Source: Amoeboaphelidium protococcarum X5
Taxonomy: Eukaryota; Fungi; Aphelidiomycota
Assembly (NCBI GenBank): GCA_023515725.1
Contig: JALDTO010000208.1
Location: forward strand, 714,533 to 778,532
DNA: 64,000 nt
Reading direction: 5' to 3'
The stretch's first letter is position 1; each line of letters starts with the position of its first letter. The notes beneath the pieces were generated by a model, which saw only the letters and a program-made list of their open reading frames with translations, searched no databases and was not told the DNA's origin. Positions 12,115 through 25,966 of this stretch are shown here, in pieces. The position numbers and the translations under genes are program-made.

Positions 12115-14565
12115 ATTTAAGCTACTAATTTTGCTTATACCACTTTTTACAATTTTGCTAACTGAGATTTTAAAATTTGTTGTTTTGTGCAAAGATCGCG
12201 CTATTTTAGAGAATATTGAGTATGACATCAATCAATATAATATCTTGTTGATACATTAAGTCGAACAATACACAATTGGAAATATATTAGCTTGTTTGCT
12301 CTTTGGAGAGTTGAAGCGTGATCGTTTGTACACGTTAAGTTGGGCATCACAGACTAACTATGATGGATCAAATCTACTATTGCGCCAATGATGACGAAAA
12401 CAGATTATCACTGTATGTATAGTTGATTATGCATAAATTGATTATATCGAAACAGGCACTTACTGTACTGTACAGACGCTCGTAGATATTACGCGTCTCC
12501 AGTACTTGCGTGTAGAATGACAGAAAAATTTCAGTGTCAAGACTGCACACATACATCAAATATTGTAAAATCGAGTAAGCCTTTAAATTGACTGGTAAAG
12601 TCTATTCGCTCATAATATATTTAATAGTTGGACGGTATTGAGACAAATCATAAATACTTCTTCTTTGCAAAACTGTTGACCAGATAAAGACACCTTGGTG
12701 ACTATTATCGCAGGATTTTTAGGACGTCTATCAGCGGCCCTTCGATGATCAGACTTACCTCATTTATTATAATCTTAATGTATTTAAACACACACTTATA
12801 ATCATATTGTCCATACTACCGTGTCTCCTGCTGACTTGCGGTTTTACATGGGGAGTTAACTGGACGGTTCCACTTCGGACAAGTGTAATGTCACAATTTA
12901 TTGCGGCCGTAGAGCGGCTCTCCGCCAGGCAGACTTCTCACAGTTGTAGCATTCATCATTAAATGCTTTCTTGTCATTGCATACAGGGACTACAAGCTCA
13001 GTACTTGACGCTAGCAAATTAAATTACCAAACACAGACAAAACTCATATTTACTTCTATGGAAGGACAGTATACAAAGAGATTGATCTAGTTTCATATTC
13101 CATTGGCGAGGTGCCTACTTTAAGCCATAAAGACTCTTAACTTGCATCGTTATCTCTTTATATCCATAAAACACATAAATATCTCATGTCAATCTCAGAA
13201 ACCGTTATGGTTGCATAATGTTCACGCTGTTGACATTGTGGATGTGATAGTAAAAACAATAATCTATGCTTCTTTGTTAAACACCTTATTCACTGCAGCA
13301 TTACACTCAGCCTTCCTCAGCGTTAACATAACAGACCGTTCTCGAGAGCGCATCGGCGGTAGCAACATATACTGTCATCAAAATCCTGCATACTAAATGC
13401 AAAGCTTTTGAAAGAGTCTGATTACTACCCTAAACGAATTTAGGAAAGAGAGGACCTGATCTAATTCCAGTTAAGAGGATTGAATTTAATTTTTAGTCCA
13501 ACTTCAGCTACTTCATCAAAGATACGAACATCAATTAGCATTGATTGACAAATGAGAGCAACTCAGTTACATTACCATCGAATTTCTCAGGATAGACAAT
13601 TTAACGCTTCTACAATGCAGATGGCGGAGGCGGCGCTGATGAAGTTGAATGCGCAGCGTTATCAGCATGAGATATTGTTCAACCAAGTTATCTGTACCCA
13701 TACTTTGGGGGTCACGGCACATTCCATAATTGGCCATCTTAGGGGATATAAAGACGGGAAATCTACGGAATTCCTTTGCTCTCTCTCTGCAGTTTTTCTA
13801 TATACATTCAAACCAGTGTAGATTAATCCAAATGACGCTCATTAGTTGTAGCACGTTGAACTGGATGGACAAGCAGGATTTAGCATTATACGCGCAATTG
13901 GTATATTATATTGGTGTCTCTAAAACAGCATATTAAATGCATAAAATAGCATATGACAGGTTCATTGAATTATATTGTGTATTACGTGTAAACATATCTT
14001 GAAGCAGTCAATATTTATAGGATGCTGTACTGTAAAAGCTACGGCTTAACGTTCCATAGAGTTAAAGGAGTCCATTGGATTACTCATCACTTCGGCACGC
14101 GCATGTTCCTCAGATCTGTTTCACTCACTCAATAAATCTACAGTACAGTGCATTCACTCATAGGTGTGACTGACTGTGTGCGTGTTTGTTTCACAGTCGT
14201 GAGTAAATGAGTGAGTGAGTGAACGATCATCTCTGTTTCACCTACCTGTTGCCACGCGGCGATTGACCGACACAAGGGACAAACTAAAACAACAAACGAA
14301 GAGAAAAGGTGGCGATCGCGCAGAAGGAGAGAGCGACGAGAGAAAGAAAGGAAGAAATTCAAACAAAGTTGGCGCAGCAAGATCTTTGACACTCTTCTAC
14401 TTTAATTTTACTCTCTCTCTTGCACTAACAACAACAGTCATATCAGGCAGGACAGGAGCAATTTCTTGCTGTTTGTGGTCATTCTGAATATTGTTTATAT
14501 ATCCACTTTGTAAATTTGATTCTCTGTTTGTTGTGGATTTAATTTCGTTGAAATCATCTCTGAAT

Positions 14566-16401
14566 ATGCCTGAAGCTGTTCGGAATCAAGGTGCTGCTGC
14601 AGCTGTGGATATGCCGTCTCATTAGATGCCTGCTGGAAATGCTGTTTAACCGCCAGATGCTCGAAGGACTGTGCCAGAAGTCTTGCCATCATAGCAATAG
14701 TCTTCCCCACCGGTTTCTTTGGATAAGCAATCTAGTAGTTACTCTGATCTTTAGCAGAACACCAGTATCAGCAATTACTCGCTCCGAGTCACATAGTAAT
14801 CTGCGATAAATGTCACCAAGACGTCTACAGATGGTTAGACTACAACTCAGTCTGTGTCTGGTTAAACTACTCCGTCTACTGGTAGGGCCAGTGATATTGA
14901 AATGGTTGTCACTCAGGTATTACCTGCACAGTCCACGTTTCTCAATGTACCATCTAATGGGGGTATTAACAGAGGAGGTAGTGCTTCTGCTCCGTCAATT
15001 AATGAAGATCGATACAATAGGTATAGGAAAAAGCTGGAGAAGGTGAAGACTAGCAGATCTTTGAATGCCTCTTAGCAATCCAAGTAGAATTCGCAGTATA
15101 TTTTGGATTAGCAGTAGCAGTAAGCGGCTGATGCGAGTAATGCTCAATTGTCTAAAACTGAATCTTCTCAAGATGCGGAGATTATCTCTTCTACGCCGTC
15201 AAATTAAAACCATAATGGGCATAATGACTAGGCGTAGATGCATTCTAGTAATGCTCACATTAATGCACCACCCATGTCTGTAGATCGTGCAAAAGGACGG
15301 CCGTCTTCTGGTATTTTCTCATCATTGTTCTGCTGTTTACCGTTCTTTGGAAGACGTTAGAATGGCGGTAATGTAAAGCAGAGTAATTAAAAGCCAGGTC
15401 AGAAAGATAAGACTTAAAACTAGGCTTAGTAGTAAAAGCAAGGATTAGCTGATATCCCGTCTGCTCAGATGAAGGTGCCAAGTGTTATAATTCAAAGTAG
15501 TGTGGATGAAGCAGCCGGCACGCAGAATAATGGTTAATTGGCTCATCCGCCACCACCTCAGGCTGATCTTGATGAAGACTCTCCTATTACTCAAGTCTCC
15601 CCTGGTAGTGACACCATATAGCTCAATCTCAAGCCGCCTCATACTCAGTCTCGCAAAGGATCTAGATCTAGCGTGAAGAGCGATTCGTCATCTGGTAAAG
15701 GGAAATAGAAGTGGCTTCTTAAACCGGTACATGCCAGAGATGCGAATAAGAAGTGCCTGGTACTGGACTTGGATGAGACTCTGGTGCATAGTTCTTTCAA
15801 GCCAATTCCCAATCCTGATTTTATCATCCCTGTTGAAATTGAAGGCACCGTCCATAGTGTCTATGTGCTCAAACGGCCGTATGTGGATCTATTTTTGAGC
15901 ATAGTGGGTCCACTGTATGAAGTTGTAATATTTACGGCCAGTCTTCGCAAGTATGCAGATCCGGTGATTGATCAGCTTGATCCGCCCTATTAAGATCAGA
16001 ACTCTAGGCTTAGCAAGCATGACAAGGCTGTGAAGCATAGACTGTTTAGAGAGTCTTGTATTAATCACAGAGGATCGTATGTAAAAGATCTGTCTCTACT
16101 TGGCCGTCCGCTGTCTCAGATTATCATTATTGACAATTCTCCAACGTCATACCTCTTTCATCCGACTAACGCCGTGCCTGTCACCACTTGGTTCTCAGAT
16201 CCGGGGGACACTGAGCTGAAGGAGCTATCTGCAATTCTCACCGATTTTGCAATGACTGAAGTGAGTGATGTGCGCGTCATTCTTAACGATGATGATGACG
16301 ATGAAGAAGACGAAGATAACCTGTTGGAGAGTATGGGCAGACCACAAGGTGTTCTACTAGACAACTCTATAAAGCATGCTAAACTCTCTGCGAGACAATG
16401 A
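14566..16401 (+). CDS. PSR1: FCP/SCP-family HAD phosphatase (Psr1/CTDSP-like) with long low-complexity N-terminus
   Basis: Motifs [33 protein letters not shown] and IIDNSP; Cys pair SLFCCL as in Psr1; 611 aa. Confidence 0.9.
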
Positions 16402-16940
16402 GAACCTAGTACAGTTGTGTATTGATTTCAGATCCATTGGCATTGTAAGTGATTTGATAATAGTAAAGTTTGTTGATGTTAACTTCGTCTTTTGGAAGCT
16501 CTATCAATTGAATGTATAAAGAACGTTGAGCTTTCAATAGAGAGCAAGACTACGCAAGAGGTATTGCTAAGCAATCGATTTTTAATCGTGATTTCGAAAA
16601 CTTGCATTTAGTCTAGGTAAACTTCAAACTTAGTCAGGAAGCAAACAGACAAGTACATTAAAGTTTAAGTAAATATCCACTGCCTTTATGAAGGTCATCA
16701 TTTCCGAGGAGCTTCAAAGAGCACCAAGCGGCGGTTCGATCGATCGGGTCAAAATACAACGCGAGCGCGCACGAATTGTGAGAAAACGAAAGGTGATCAA
16801 CTGTGATCAATTTAGATCGCGAATTATTTAGTCCTTATATATCTCTAGAACGGTTCAATAAGACTTCGAATTTCCAGTTGTACTTCCCCTGCCAGTTCGC
16901 TGTATTAATCAACTTCAGTCAACTCAAGAATCTTTCAGAA

Positions 16941-18649
16941 ATGACTAATATGCCTGTAAGTTCTGCGAAATAACAAATGTCCTTGAAAGCTAATACTTCT
17001 AGCAGGATCTAATGGTTGGCTCAACAGAGCATCCACAGCGAGCCAAGACTGAACCGCAAGACTTCAATCATCTGCACTATTGGTAAGATCGCTCACTATA
17101 AACTTATTGCAATAATCTTCATGTATCATCAACTAATCAATCAAGTTTATGTGTAGGTCCAAAGACTAACTCTGTCGATATGATGTGCAAGTTGCGTCAG
17201 GCGGGAATGAACATTGTCCGCATGAACTTCTCCCATGGCTCTTATGAGTACCACGGCTCGGTGATTAAGAATGCTCGTGATAGCTTCCAGTAGATGTCTG
17301 GCCGCCCTGTCGCCATTGCTTTGGACACGAAAGGTCCTGAGATTCGTACTGGTCGCATCAAGGGTGACTAGGAGCTCAGTATTCCGCACGGTCACGAGAT
17401 GGTGCTGACAACCGATCCTGCTCGTGCCAATGATGGAGATATTGACTGCATCTACATTGACTATGAAAAACTTCCGCATAGCACCGATGTTGGAAAGTAC
17501 ATCTTTGTCGATGATGGGCAACTTCGCTTCCAGGTGGTGAGCATCCAAGGCAGAGAAGTGCGTGTCTAGGCTCAGAACAGCTGGAAGATCAGCAATAACA
17601 AGGGCGTCAATCTACCAATGACCACTGTTGAATTGCCGGCTCTGTCTGAGCGTGACAAGAGAGATCTGCAGTTTGGTATTGAGAACGATGTCGACATGAT
17701 CTTTGCCTCCTTCATCCGTAAGAAGGAGGATATCTTGGAGATTCGTCAGATTCTAGACACTTTCATGAACGGAAGAGGTAAAGATATTAAGATTATTGCC
17801 AAGATTGAGAGTCATGAAGGCTTGGATAATTTTGATGAGATTTTACAGGTCACTGATGGTATTATGGTGGCTCGTGGAGATTTGGGTATTGAGATTGCAG
17901 CAGAGAAGGTGTTCATCGCTCAGAAGATGATGATTGCCAAGTGTAATGCTGTCGGTAAGCCTATCATTTGTGCCACCCAGATGTTGGAGACTATGACTTA
18001 TAATCCGCGTCCTACCAGAGCTGAGGTGTCTGACGTTGCCAATGCTGTGCTCGATGGTGCAGATTGCGTCATGTTGAGTGGAGAGACTGCGAAGGGTCAG
18101 TATCCGCTTGAGACTGTGGATATGATGAATAGACTGTGTAAGGAGGCCGAGTCTGTGTTATTCTATCCGCAGCTATTTAATGAGTTGCGTGATGTCACTC
18201 CAAAGCCGACTTCAACCACTGAGGCTATTGCTTCATCAGCTGTGAATGCCGCTGAGGAATAGGGAGCAGCTGCTATTTGTGTGCTTACCACTACGGGAGA
18301 ATCTGCCCGCCTGATCAGCAAGTATCGTCCACACATTCCCGTGATTACCGTCACTAGAAATGCCAAGGTTGCACGCTAATGTCATCTCTATCGTGGCTGT
18401 TATCCATTCGTGTATGAGAAGGCACGTAAGCAAGGTTCTGAATCTGCGCCGGCTAGTCCAAATTCTTAGAGTATGGTGCACGATCAATGGCAGGAAGATG
18501 TGGATGAGCGTTTCTTCTGGGCCATGAAAGAGGGTAAGAAGTTGGGAATGTTGAAGGCTGGCGATGTTATTGTTGCCGTTCAAGGTTGGCGAGGTGGTGC
18601 TGGATCTACTAGCGTCATGAGAATGATACCGGTCCCTGATGCGCTATGA
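16941..18649 (+). CDS. PYK1: Pyruvate kinase (exons 16941-17082, 17157-18649)
   Basis: Motifs [10 protein letters not shown]|[37 protein letters not shown] and MLSGETA; GT-AG intron at 17083-17156. Confidence 0.97.
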
Positions 18650-18980
18650 TATTGAAATATTGCGTGCCATGTTTGAAATCCGTCTATGAATAAAATGAAT
18701 CTCTACTAATTTATATCCACATTTCAAAACTATCGCTTATAATTCTCTGTGTGTATTGATTGTACTTTACACGGTCGATTTTAAGTATAATGGTCAAATG
18801 TGGATCCTGCCTATGATATAAATGCAGCGTCAAAATATTGTGCAATTACTGTACAATACAAACCGAAAATGATTTTGTTAATAGATCATAACCATCTTTT
18901 AACAGTTATGCAATTCATAATATATCTGGCCTTGCCTTCCAACAGCCTTATTTGACTGTACAGCTGCTAATCAAAAATAA

Positions 18981-21300
18981 TCATAATGCTTGTACAACAA
19001 TACCTGCTGCCACAGTCTCTCCTTTACTTCGCAACATGAATCGCCCATACTCTTTAGATGTCTTGAACGGTTCAAAAGCAATTGGCTTTCCAGATTTGAG
19101 TTTGAGTTCCACTGTGGCAATGCTCTACTTGGGCACAGCTCTGGGCTTCTACTTTGTAATCTCACCCGTGGCCTTGTCTTTCAAATTGATCAACTTTGTC
19201 ACCACAACTGGTTCATTGATAGATTGTCTATGGAATAACAATTCCGAGCCAAGTATGACAGGAATCTTGATATCAAAAGTCAATATCTACACCTCGACGG
19301 CACATGACATTGATACAGGACTAGAGGGTGAGCAGAGAACTGACTCTCCGAATACTTGATTCTCTTCCACACCACTGAAGGACAGGCGCACAGAATCACC
19401 GCTGACCGCAAAGTCCACCTAATCACCAGCTGGCTCCTTGAAGATACTCTTGATAAAAACAGAGATGCCACCGGGAAGCAGGAGGCAATCATCGCCAACT
19501 TGAACGTAGCCTTGTTCAATGCGACCAGATACAGAGACGGCACCACTTGAGCCAGGAATGTTCAACCCTCCTGCAATGGTGTACACTGTGAATCTAAAAG
19601 GTTTATCGAATGTCCGCACGGGAGCCTCAAGCTGATTCATCAACTGCACCAAAGACTACTTTTGTGATGGAAACTTATCAGCTGCACTCAAAGACAATAC
19701 ATTCTCGCCAGTCATACCACTGCAGGCACAATACGCAATGGAGTCTGATTTGAATCCAACACTGGATGTCAAATATTGATGAACTTACTCCTTGATGGAC
19801 TAAAATCTACCCACGTCCCAGTCCACTGTATCCATCTTATTCACAGCCACAATAACGGATGATACACCGAGGGATCTAGCCAACAAAGCATGCTCTTTCG
19901 TCTGTCCATTATTAAGAAACCCAGCCTCAAATTAACCAACTCCGGCATCTACGACCAATATAGCAGCATCGGCCTGAGCTGTACCACTGATCATGTTCGG
20001 TATAAAGTCTCTATGACCAGGTGCATCGAGCAGAGTGAATACTCTATCATCAGTCTCCAACCGCTGATATGCAACATCTATCGTCACTCCACGTTCCCGC
20101 TCCTCACTACCTTCATCCATAACCCATGCGTACTTGAACGATCCTTTACCAATCTTTTGACTATCGCGTTCATATTTGTGCATAGTCTTTGCATCAACCT
20201 CTCCCAATAAGTAAAGCAGATGCCCCATCAACGTACTCTTACCCGCATCAACGTGTCCAATAATCACCAAATTTATATGAGGCTTCTTCTCTTTGGACAC
20301 ACGCTCAAGTACATCTTTAAGTGTCATCTTATTCTTTTGCTTTCTACACACACACACACTCTCAAATCTTATTTAAGAGATATTCATAAAGAGTGCAACA
20401 TGATCAAAAACGATACTTTTTGGTAGAATGAACAACTTTAACAGCTGACTGTGATGATTAAGTAGGCAGCGATTTATCCTGCAATAGATCCACCTTTTTC
20501 AATTGGTCATTAATGTCCTTGATTGATAAATCGCGATTAACAGCATTATGAACGGGTCCACTCTTCTATTCAACACTCTTCGTAGCCTTGTTATTATTAT
20601 CACTAGTACGACTCAATTTGGTACTCTATCTCGCCTGTACCATCTTGTCATCCTTACTCGGAGCCTTAAACACATCGATATCTTTACAAAAACGGTTGAA
20701 ATTCAAAATTTGAGCTAAAGGAACGGCCTAAGCGGGAGCATTATTATACACTTCCTAACATACAAGTGCAGCAAACTCTGATGGGTATTACAGACAATCA
20801 ACATTCACCAGATTAGTAGTAATAGAGGAGTCCTCGCTGTCAATAACCATCGAATCGTATGTCTATAATTAAGTAAAATAAGCATCTGCTTTCTTAACTG
20901 ATTAAGACTATTCAATATGATTATCGATCATAGATTTAAGACTGAATAGCGGTTTATCGTTACTGACTGATGGGACGATATTTGTAGATTATTAACCGAC
21001 TTTAACAGATTGCGAACTCAGCGACTTTAGAGATATAGGCTTCCTCTATGTCTATGTAGATCCAAAATCATTGCCACCAGATTATTCACTCTTAATGCTA
21101 GGCTCTTTAGCGGCTCCAGAGAGGACTTTAAGAGACTTTAGTGCAAATTTAGGCTTCACCGCATCAGGCCGTTCCTCCTAGCTCTTTACAGAAAGCTTAC
21201 CATAATCGTCCTCATAATATTCACCCTGATCATCCTCATCATCATACTGCTCATCATAATACTCATCCAGCATTCCCTTGACAAAGCGATGTCTACTCAT
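18981..21300 (-). CDS. HBS1: HBS1/SKI7-family translational GTPase (exons 21300-20417, 20343-18981)
   Basis: N-terminus MSRHRF followed by an acidic tract; [45 protein letters not shown] 73-nt intron at 20344-20416 restores the frame; 748 aa. Confidence 0.93.
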
Positions 21301-21727
21301 GATGAATATTTTCTAAATCTTCAAAGTTAAATCAATGCTCTTTAAGACGCAGAAGAAGAAGAAGGGGAGGAAAAAGTCGCACAAAAGATACTGAGCGAGG
21401 CTTTTGTACTTAGAGAAATGATGCATTCAAAATGCTAAACTTGTCCCAGTATTCATAGTGAATCTTGCAGCTATTTCACACTATTGTCTAATATTAATTT
21501 CACTTCTATCAATAGTTAACAGTAAGACTCTCAGGAAGGGATAGATAGATTTACATGAAACTTAAACGTCATGAAATTCCCACGTGGTTGAAGTGATTCG
21601 CAAATCTTTTAAAAAGTAATCGATCCCTTTATAAAAAGTAATTCTACTACTGTAATAAATAGAGTAAGAATATCGCTGAAGACACATTTGATACTAAATT
21701 TCACCAGCGATAAGTGATACAATACTA

Positions 21728-23266
21728 ATGATGATTGGAAGGCATGATACCATACTATCGATAGCAGTGCTACTATCATGCTTACTGCTCGCGCCTTTAT
21801 CACGCGGTCAACCTACTTCCAGCTCTATATTTACTCCGGGCGGACATGGTGCTGGCACAGACTTTAGCTCTCTTGGACGTGATGGCGTGTAATCTATGGT
21901 TGATGTGATGTAAGCTAATTGGCTGCCTCAAATGATTCCGACGGAATCTGCTGATCATTATATCTCACGCGTCAAGCAATATTGTGCGGTCATGGGTAAT
22001 ATGCGGCGTATATCGCGCACCTTCTACGATGCAGTTGCTTAATCCCCAATATTAGTTCAAGACTGGTGTTCTTAGTAAGCTTTAATATCCCGCATTTACA
22101 ATATATTTCGCGAAGACTTGAATCCAAAGTTTGCGTAAGATATCGTGGCTCACCATCGCATTCTGTTAGATATTGAGAACTCCATAGATGTTATTGATAT
22201 TGTTAATGGAATTGCGGATACTGATAGTAAAGCTTGGGATGCACTTGATTTCTATTTTGTGTACAAAGTGGAAGATCTTCAAGATTAGCACATTTAAAGT
22301 AATGCAGAGTAGCGAGCTTTAGATCAGTTATAAACTTACGCTTAGTCTGGCCTCAATAAGCCCATATACTTGTCCCTTGATTGTTATGGCTCGATCGACA
22401 TGTAATGGTCAACATCACTAATATTAAGTGTGAACAAAGAGTAAATTTCCAGCTGCATTGCCCAGTATTAGAGGGGAATTCTGATAAAGATATGGAAAAT
22501 GTTCGACGAATCTTCAAAGTTATTTGTCGGGTCCCATTTCACTATAAATCTATTTTTGGATGTAGATAATGGAGCGATGCCTGGCAAAGTGTCTGAAATA
22601 GTGCTCGATCCAACTCTGAAGTAACTCACTAACACGATAAGTTAAGAATTTGCTGAAAATTAGAAGAGCGTGAGTGATTTGAGCTTCGATAGCAGCGTCC
22701 TATTAACTATTAACGCGTAGGATCATGATGTTTAACGCCGATAAAGATAGATTTTTTTGGATGTTTAGCAGCAGATTATGAAATTATTTCCTCAGGCCGA
22801 AATACAGCTTGAGATCGCAGATGACCGTTTGAAGATGAAACTGGAAGCAGATCAGCTGCGTAGCTTTCTAACCAATGGTCTCCGGCATTAGATGGGAACG
22901 GCTTTTATAACGCTCTTTGCTCAAGGTGAACAAAAGTATGGTGATGCGTTGTTCAAGACATTGGGAGACAAGGATATCTGGCAGCGCAACAGTATTGTAG
23001 TGGAAGATTTACAGATAGTTTTGATAAATGACGCGTCGCGCGGGAAGTTTGTACCGCTCTTGGCATAGTTGGCACGAGCCTTGTCATCCGTTAAAGTGCG
23101 TCGCGTAGTTGTACAGTTCTATGTGTAAAGCCTGACGCGGAACGATATCAAAGTGTGCGGTTAGATGTTTACGGCAGCACCAAACTAATTTTTGGAAAAG
23201 ATTACTCTAGTTAACGTAATGACTGATGATACATATGAGATTACATTGAATGAAAGAATATATTGA
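21728..23266 (+). CDS. Orphan secreted protein (512 aa)
   Basis: Uninterrupted TAR=Gln ORF with signal-peptide-like start MMIGRHDTILSIAVLLSCLLLAPLSRG|QP; no recognisable family. Confidence 0.75.
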
Positions 23267-23361
23267 AAATTGATTTAGATTTTTACAGCTAGACTCATTT
23301 TCTGCTGTTGCCTTTTCTCTATTAAAACATTTTACAGAAATCTTGACTACGTAATATAAAA

Positions 23362-23811
23362 ATGGTATGATTGTTCAAAAGACTATTAGGGTATGCAAAA
23401 TTTATATTGCATATTTTTTTTATTGTAGGGAGTTACTATTTAGAAAATTCAGCCTGGAGATGGAAAGACGTTCCCAAAGAAGGGAGACCGTGTGAGCATC
23501 CATTATGTGGGCACTCTGCAGGATGGCTCCAAGTTTGACAGTTCGCGCGATCGCGGAAAGCCATTCACCTGCACCATTGGTGTTGGACAAGTCATCCGGT
23601 AAGATTGTGTTTTCCTGCTTAGTCTTTATTATATCTATCTACCTTAGCAATGTGTAGCGGTTGGGATGAAGGTGTTGTTCAGTTGTCTGTCGGTGAGAAG
23701 GCTCTGTTGGTTTGCACTCCGGATTACGCGTACGGCCAACGCGGATTTCCTCCAGTGATTCCAGCTAACGCTACTCTCAACTTTGAAGTTGAACTTTTGG
23801 GCGTCAACTGA
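23362..23811 (+). CDS. FPR1: FKBP12 peptidyl-prolyl isomerase (exons 23362-23364, 23429-23598, 23658-23811)
   Basis: MGVTI...[18 protein letters not shown]...VIRGWDEG...YAYG..GFPPVIP; two GT-AG introns; 108 aa. Confidence 0.97.
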
Positions 23812-23897
23812 GGCATAAGTTATTGGAGTGTGCGCCTTAGTACAAGAACTATTATATATGAATTCAATAAATATAATAAGAATTCATTAAAAAAAGA

Positions 23898-25811
23898 TCA
23901 TTATTATTATTATCGCGTAATCATCTTTGTAATTTCAGAGACACTCAACTGCTGATTTGCTTTCAAGTGCCGCATCGTTTTTTCAACTACAGCTTAAACT
24001 ACACTTGGTGGTGGGTTGGTGCTCAATTACTATATCACCACATCTGGGCGGAGGAATAGATGCTGCAACAACTCAGGAATAGTGTACCGCTTTTTGGGAT
24101 CTCTCTGCAGACAGTGCTTCAATACATCCAGCAGGTACGGATTGGCCACTTGGGGATAGTCGATTGGGTGTTTTGCATCAATAATTCTCTACAGTTTGGG
24201 TATCATTGCATAGTCGTGGAAAGGAGTCTTGCCGTAAATCATCTGATACAAAATACACCCCAGAGACCAAACATCACTGGCTCTACCTAATTTCATGCAC
24301 TACGGCCGTCCCTCCTTATTGGCATTAGTATCCAATATTGCTTCAGGAGACATGTAATTTACGGTGCCCATAGTGTGCTCCCTATGAATGTTCGTAGTAT
24401 CATTCTAAATAGCTTTCGCGATACCAAAATCAATCAACTTTAGAGCACCCTTAACAAAGAGGAAATTCGCAGGCTTAAGATCAGAATGAACAATACGCTC
24501 CTCATGTATAGCATCTACAGCCTGTAACATTTACTCCCAATACACTCTGACAAAGTTCATTGATAGCCGTTCTCCAGTCTGCGCGTGCTTCTACAACACA
24601 TGAGCCAAATCAATTTCACCACACTCCATCACCATGTGTAAGAATCCCTCCTCCTTATTAATCTCCTGATCAACCAGGTGAATTATACGTTCGCAACTAT
24701 CCAGCTTCTTCAATAGAGCAATCTCATTCAAATATCCAGAAATAGTCTGAGCATCCACGCCTTTTAACTAGACTCTCTTCAAGGCATAAATCTATCCATC
24801 AGGAGATAAGACTTTAAACACCTTGGATGATCCTCCCTTGCCAATGAGATCCAATTTGGCATAAACCTGTCCATTCACCATTAGTGCAGTCTTTCTAGAC
24901 AATCCGGCCGGTGTAGAAGGTGGTGGTGCATGAGAAGGTTATTGCTTCGAGGTAGCAGCCGGAGTTGGCATACTTGAAGAAGACAACGGCATCTATTATT
25001 ACTTTTGCTGACTGGACGCTTGAACAGATGTACGTTTGACCAATGGCGTGACAGTGACAATACTCAACTGCTCTGTGATGGTCATAGCATCATCATTCTT
25101 AAAATCGTCAGAGCTATCACTATCCTGAGCAGCAGTCTTCTATTTCAATCTCTCACTGGTATAATCCTACTACTGTTACTGCTAGGGAGGAGACTTTGAG
25201 TACTTCTTGCCAGTCAATTCTACCGGTTCTTCGACTCCATTAATGATTCTCATAGGTGGACCCATAAGACCAAGACGTTTAGGCTTGTTAGAAATGGATG
25301 CACGTGAGGATCCACCACTAGGCTCGGCATTCTCTTTATTCACACCAGATGCATTGACAGTCACCTGAGAAAATGAGGTATCAGCAAACTTACCGATCAA
25401 CTTGTCAATTTCATCCTTATTAACAATCGACTTTCTGGACATATCAAGCACCCGTTTCAGTTCATCCATATCACCCAATGACTTCAGATAGGAACACCAA
25501 TGCTCATAGAACCGCGGTATTCTTGAACCAACCTCCAGAGACTTCATCTTCTCATACAAGTGCCCAACAGCTTCACCTTCATTCTTCTTAAAATCAATAA
25601 AATCAAGCCAGATAGAAAGCAGGTATATATCGTTGGAATGCTTCTAGAAATCCAACTCTTATATGGACTTTGTATACTCTTTTATCAGCAACTGCCTGTC
25701 ATTAACACGCTGTTTCAACTGTGAAAGCCTCTTATAATGCTATTACGGTGAGCCTTAAGGATTACTTGCAGCATTATTACCACTACCACTACTACTATTA
25801 ACAGAATACAT
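23898..25811 (-). CDS. MPS1: MPS1/TTK spindle-checkpoint kinase
   Basis: Motifs [38 protein letters not shown] and [11 protein letters not shown]; N-terminal helical (TPR-like) region; ends TAAx4-TGA. Confidence 0.93.
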
Positions 25812-25838
25812 GACTATAAACAATAAAATTCAGTAACT

Positions 25839-25966
25839 CGCGAAAAGAGGAACGAAGAGTTGAAACGTCCAGTGTTAAATGCAGTACGGCGGAGAGAAAC
25901 AGAGAAGAGAGAAATGGAGAGAGTGAAACAAGACAACGATCATGTTCAACAGCGATTCGCGGGAAA
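25839..25966. promoter_or_regulatory. Putative G1/S cell-cycle elements upstream of MPS1 (SCB-like CGCGAAA, E2F-like TTTCCCGCG)
   Basis: CGCGAAA at 25839-25845 and CGCGGGAAA at 25958-25966, within about 160 bp of the MPS1 ATG. Confidence 0.45.

Noticed and set aside
23898-23912. TAA TAA TAA TAA TGA at the MPS1 end as tandem stop codons or context-dependent termination
   Set aside because: It is most simply a short poly-Q or (TAA)n microsatellite before the TGA; all other genes also end in TGA.
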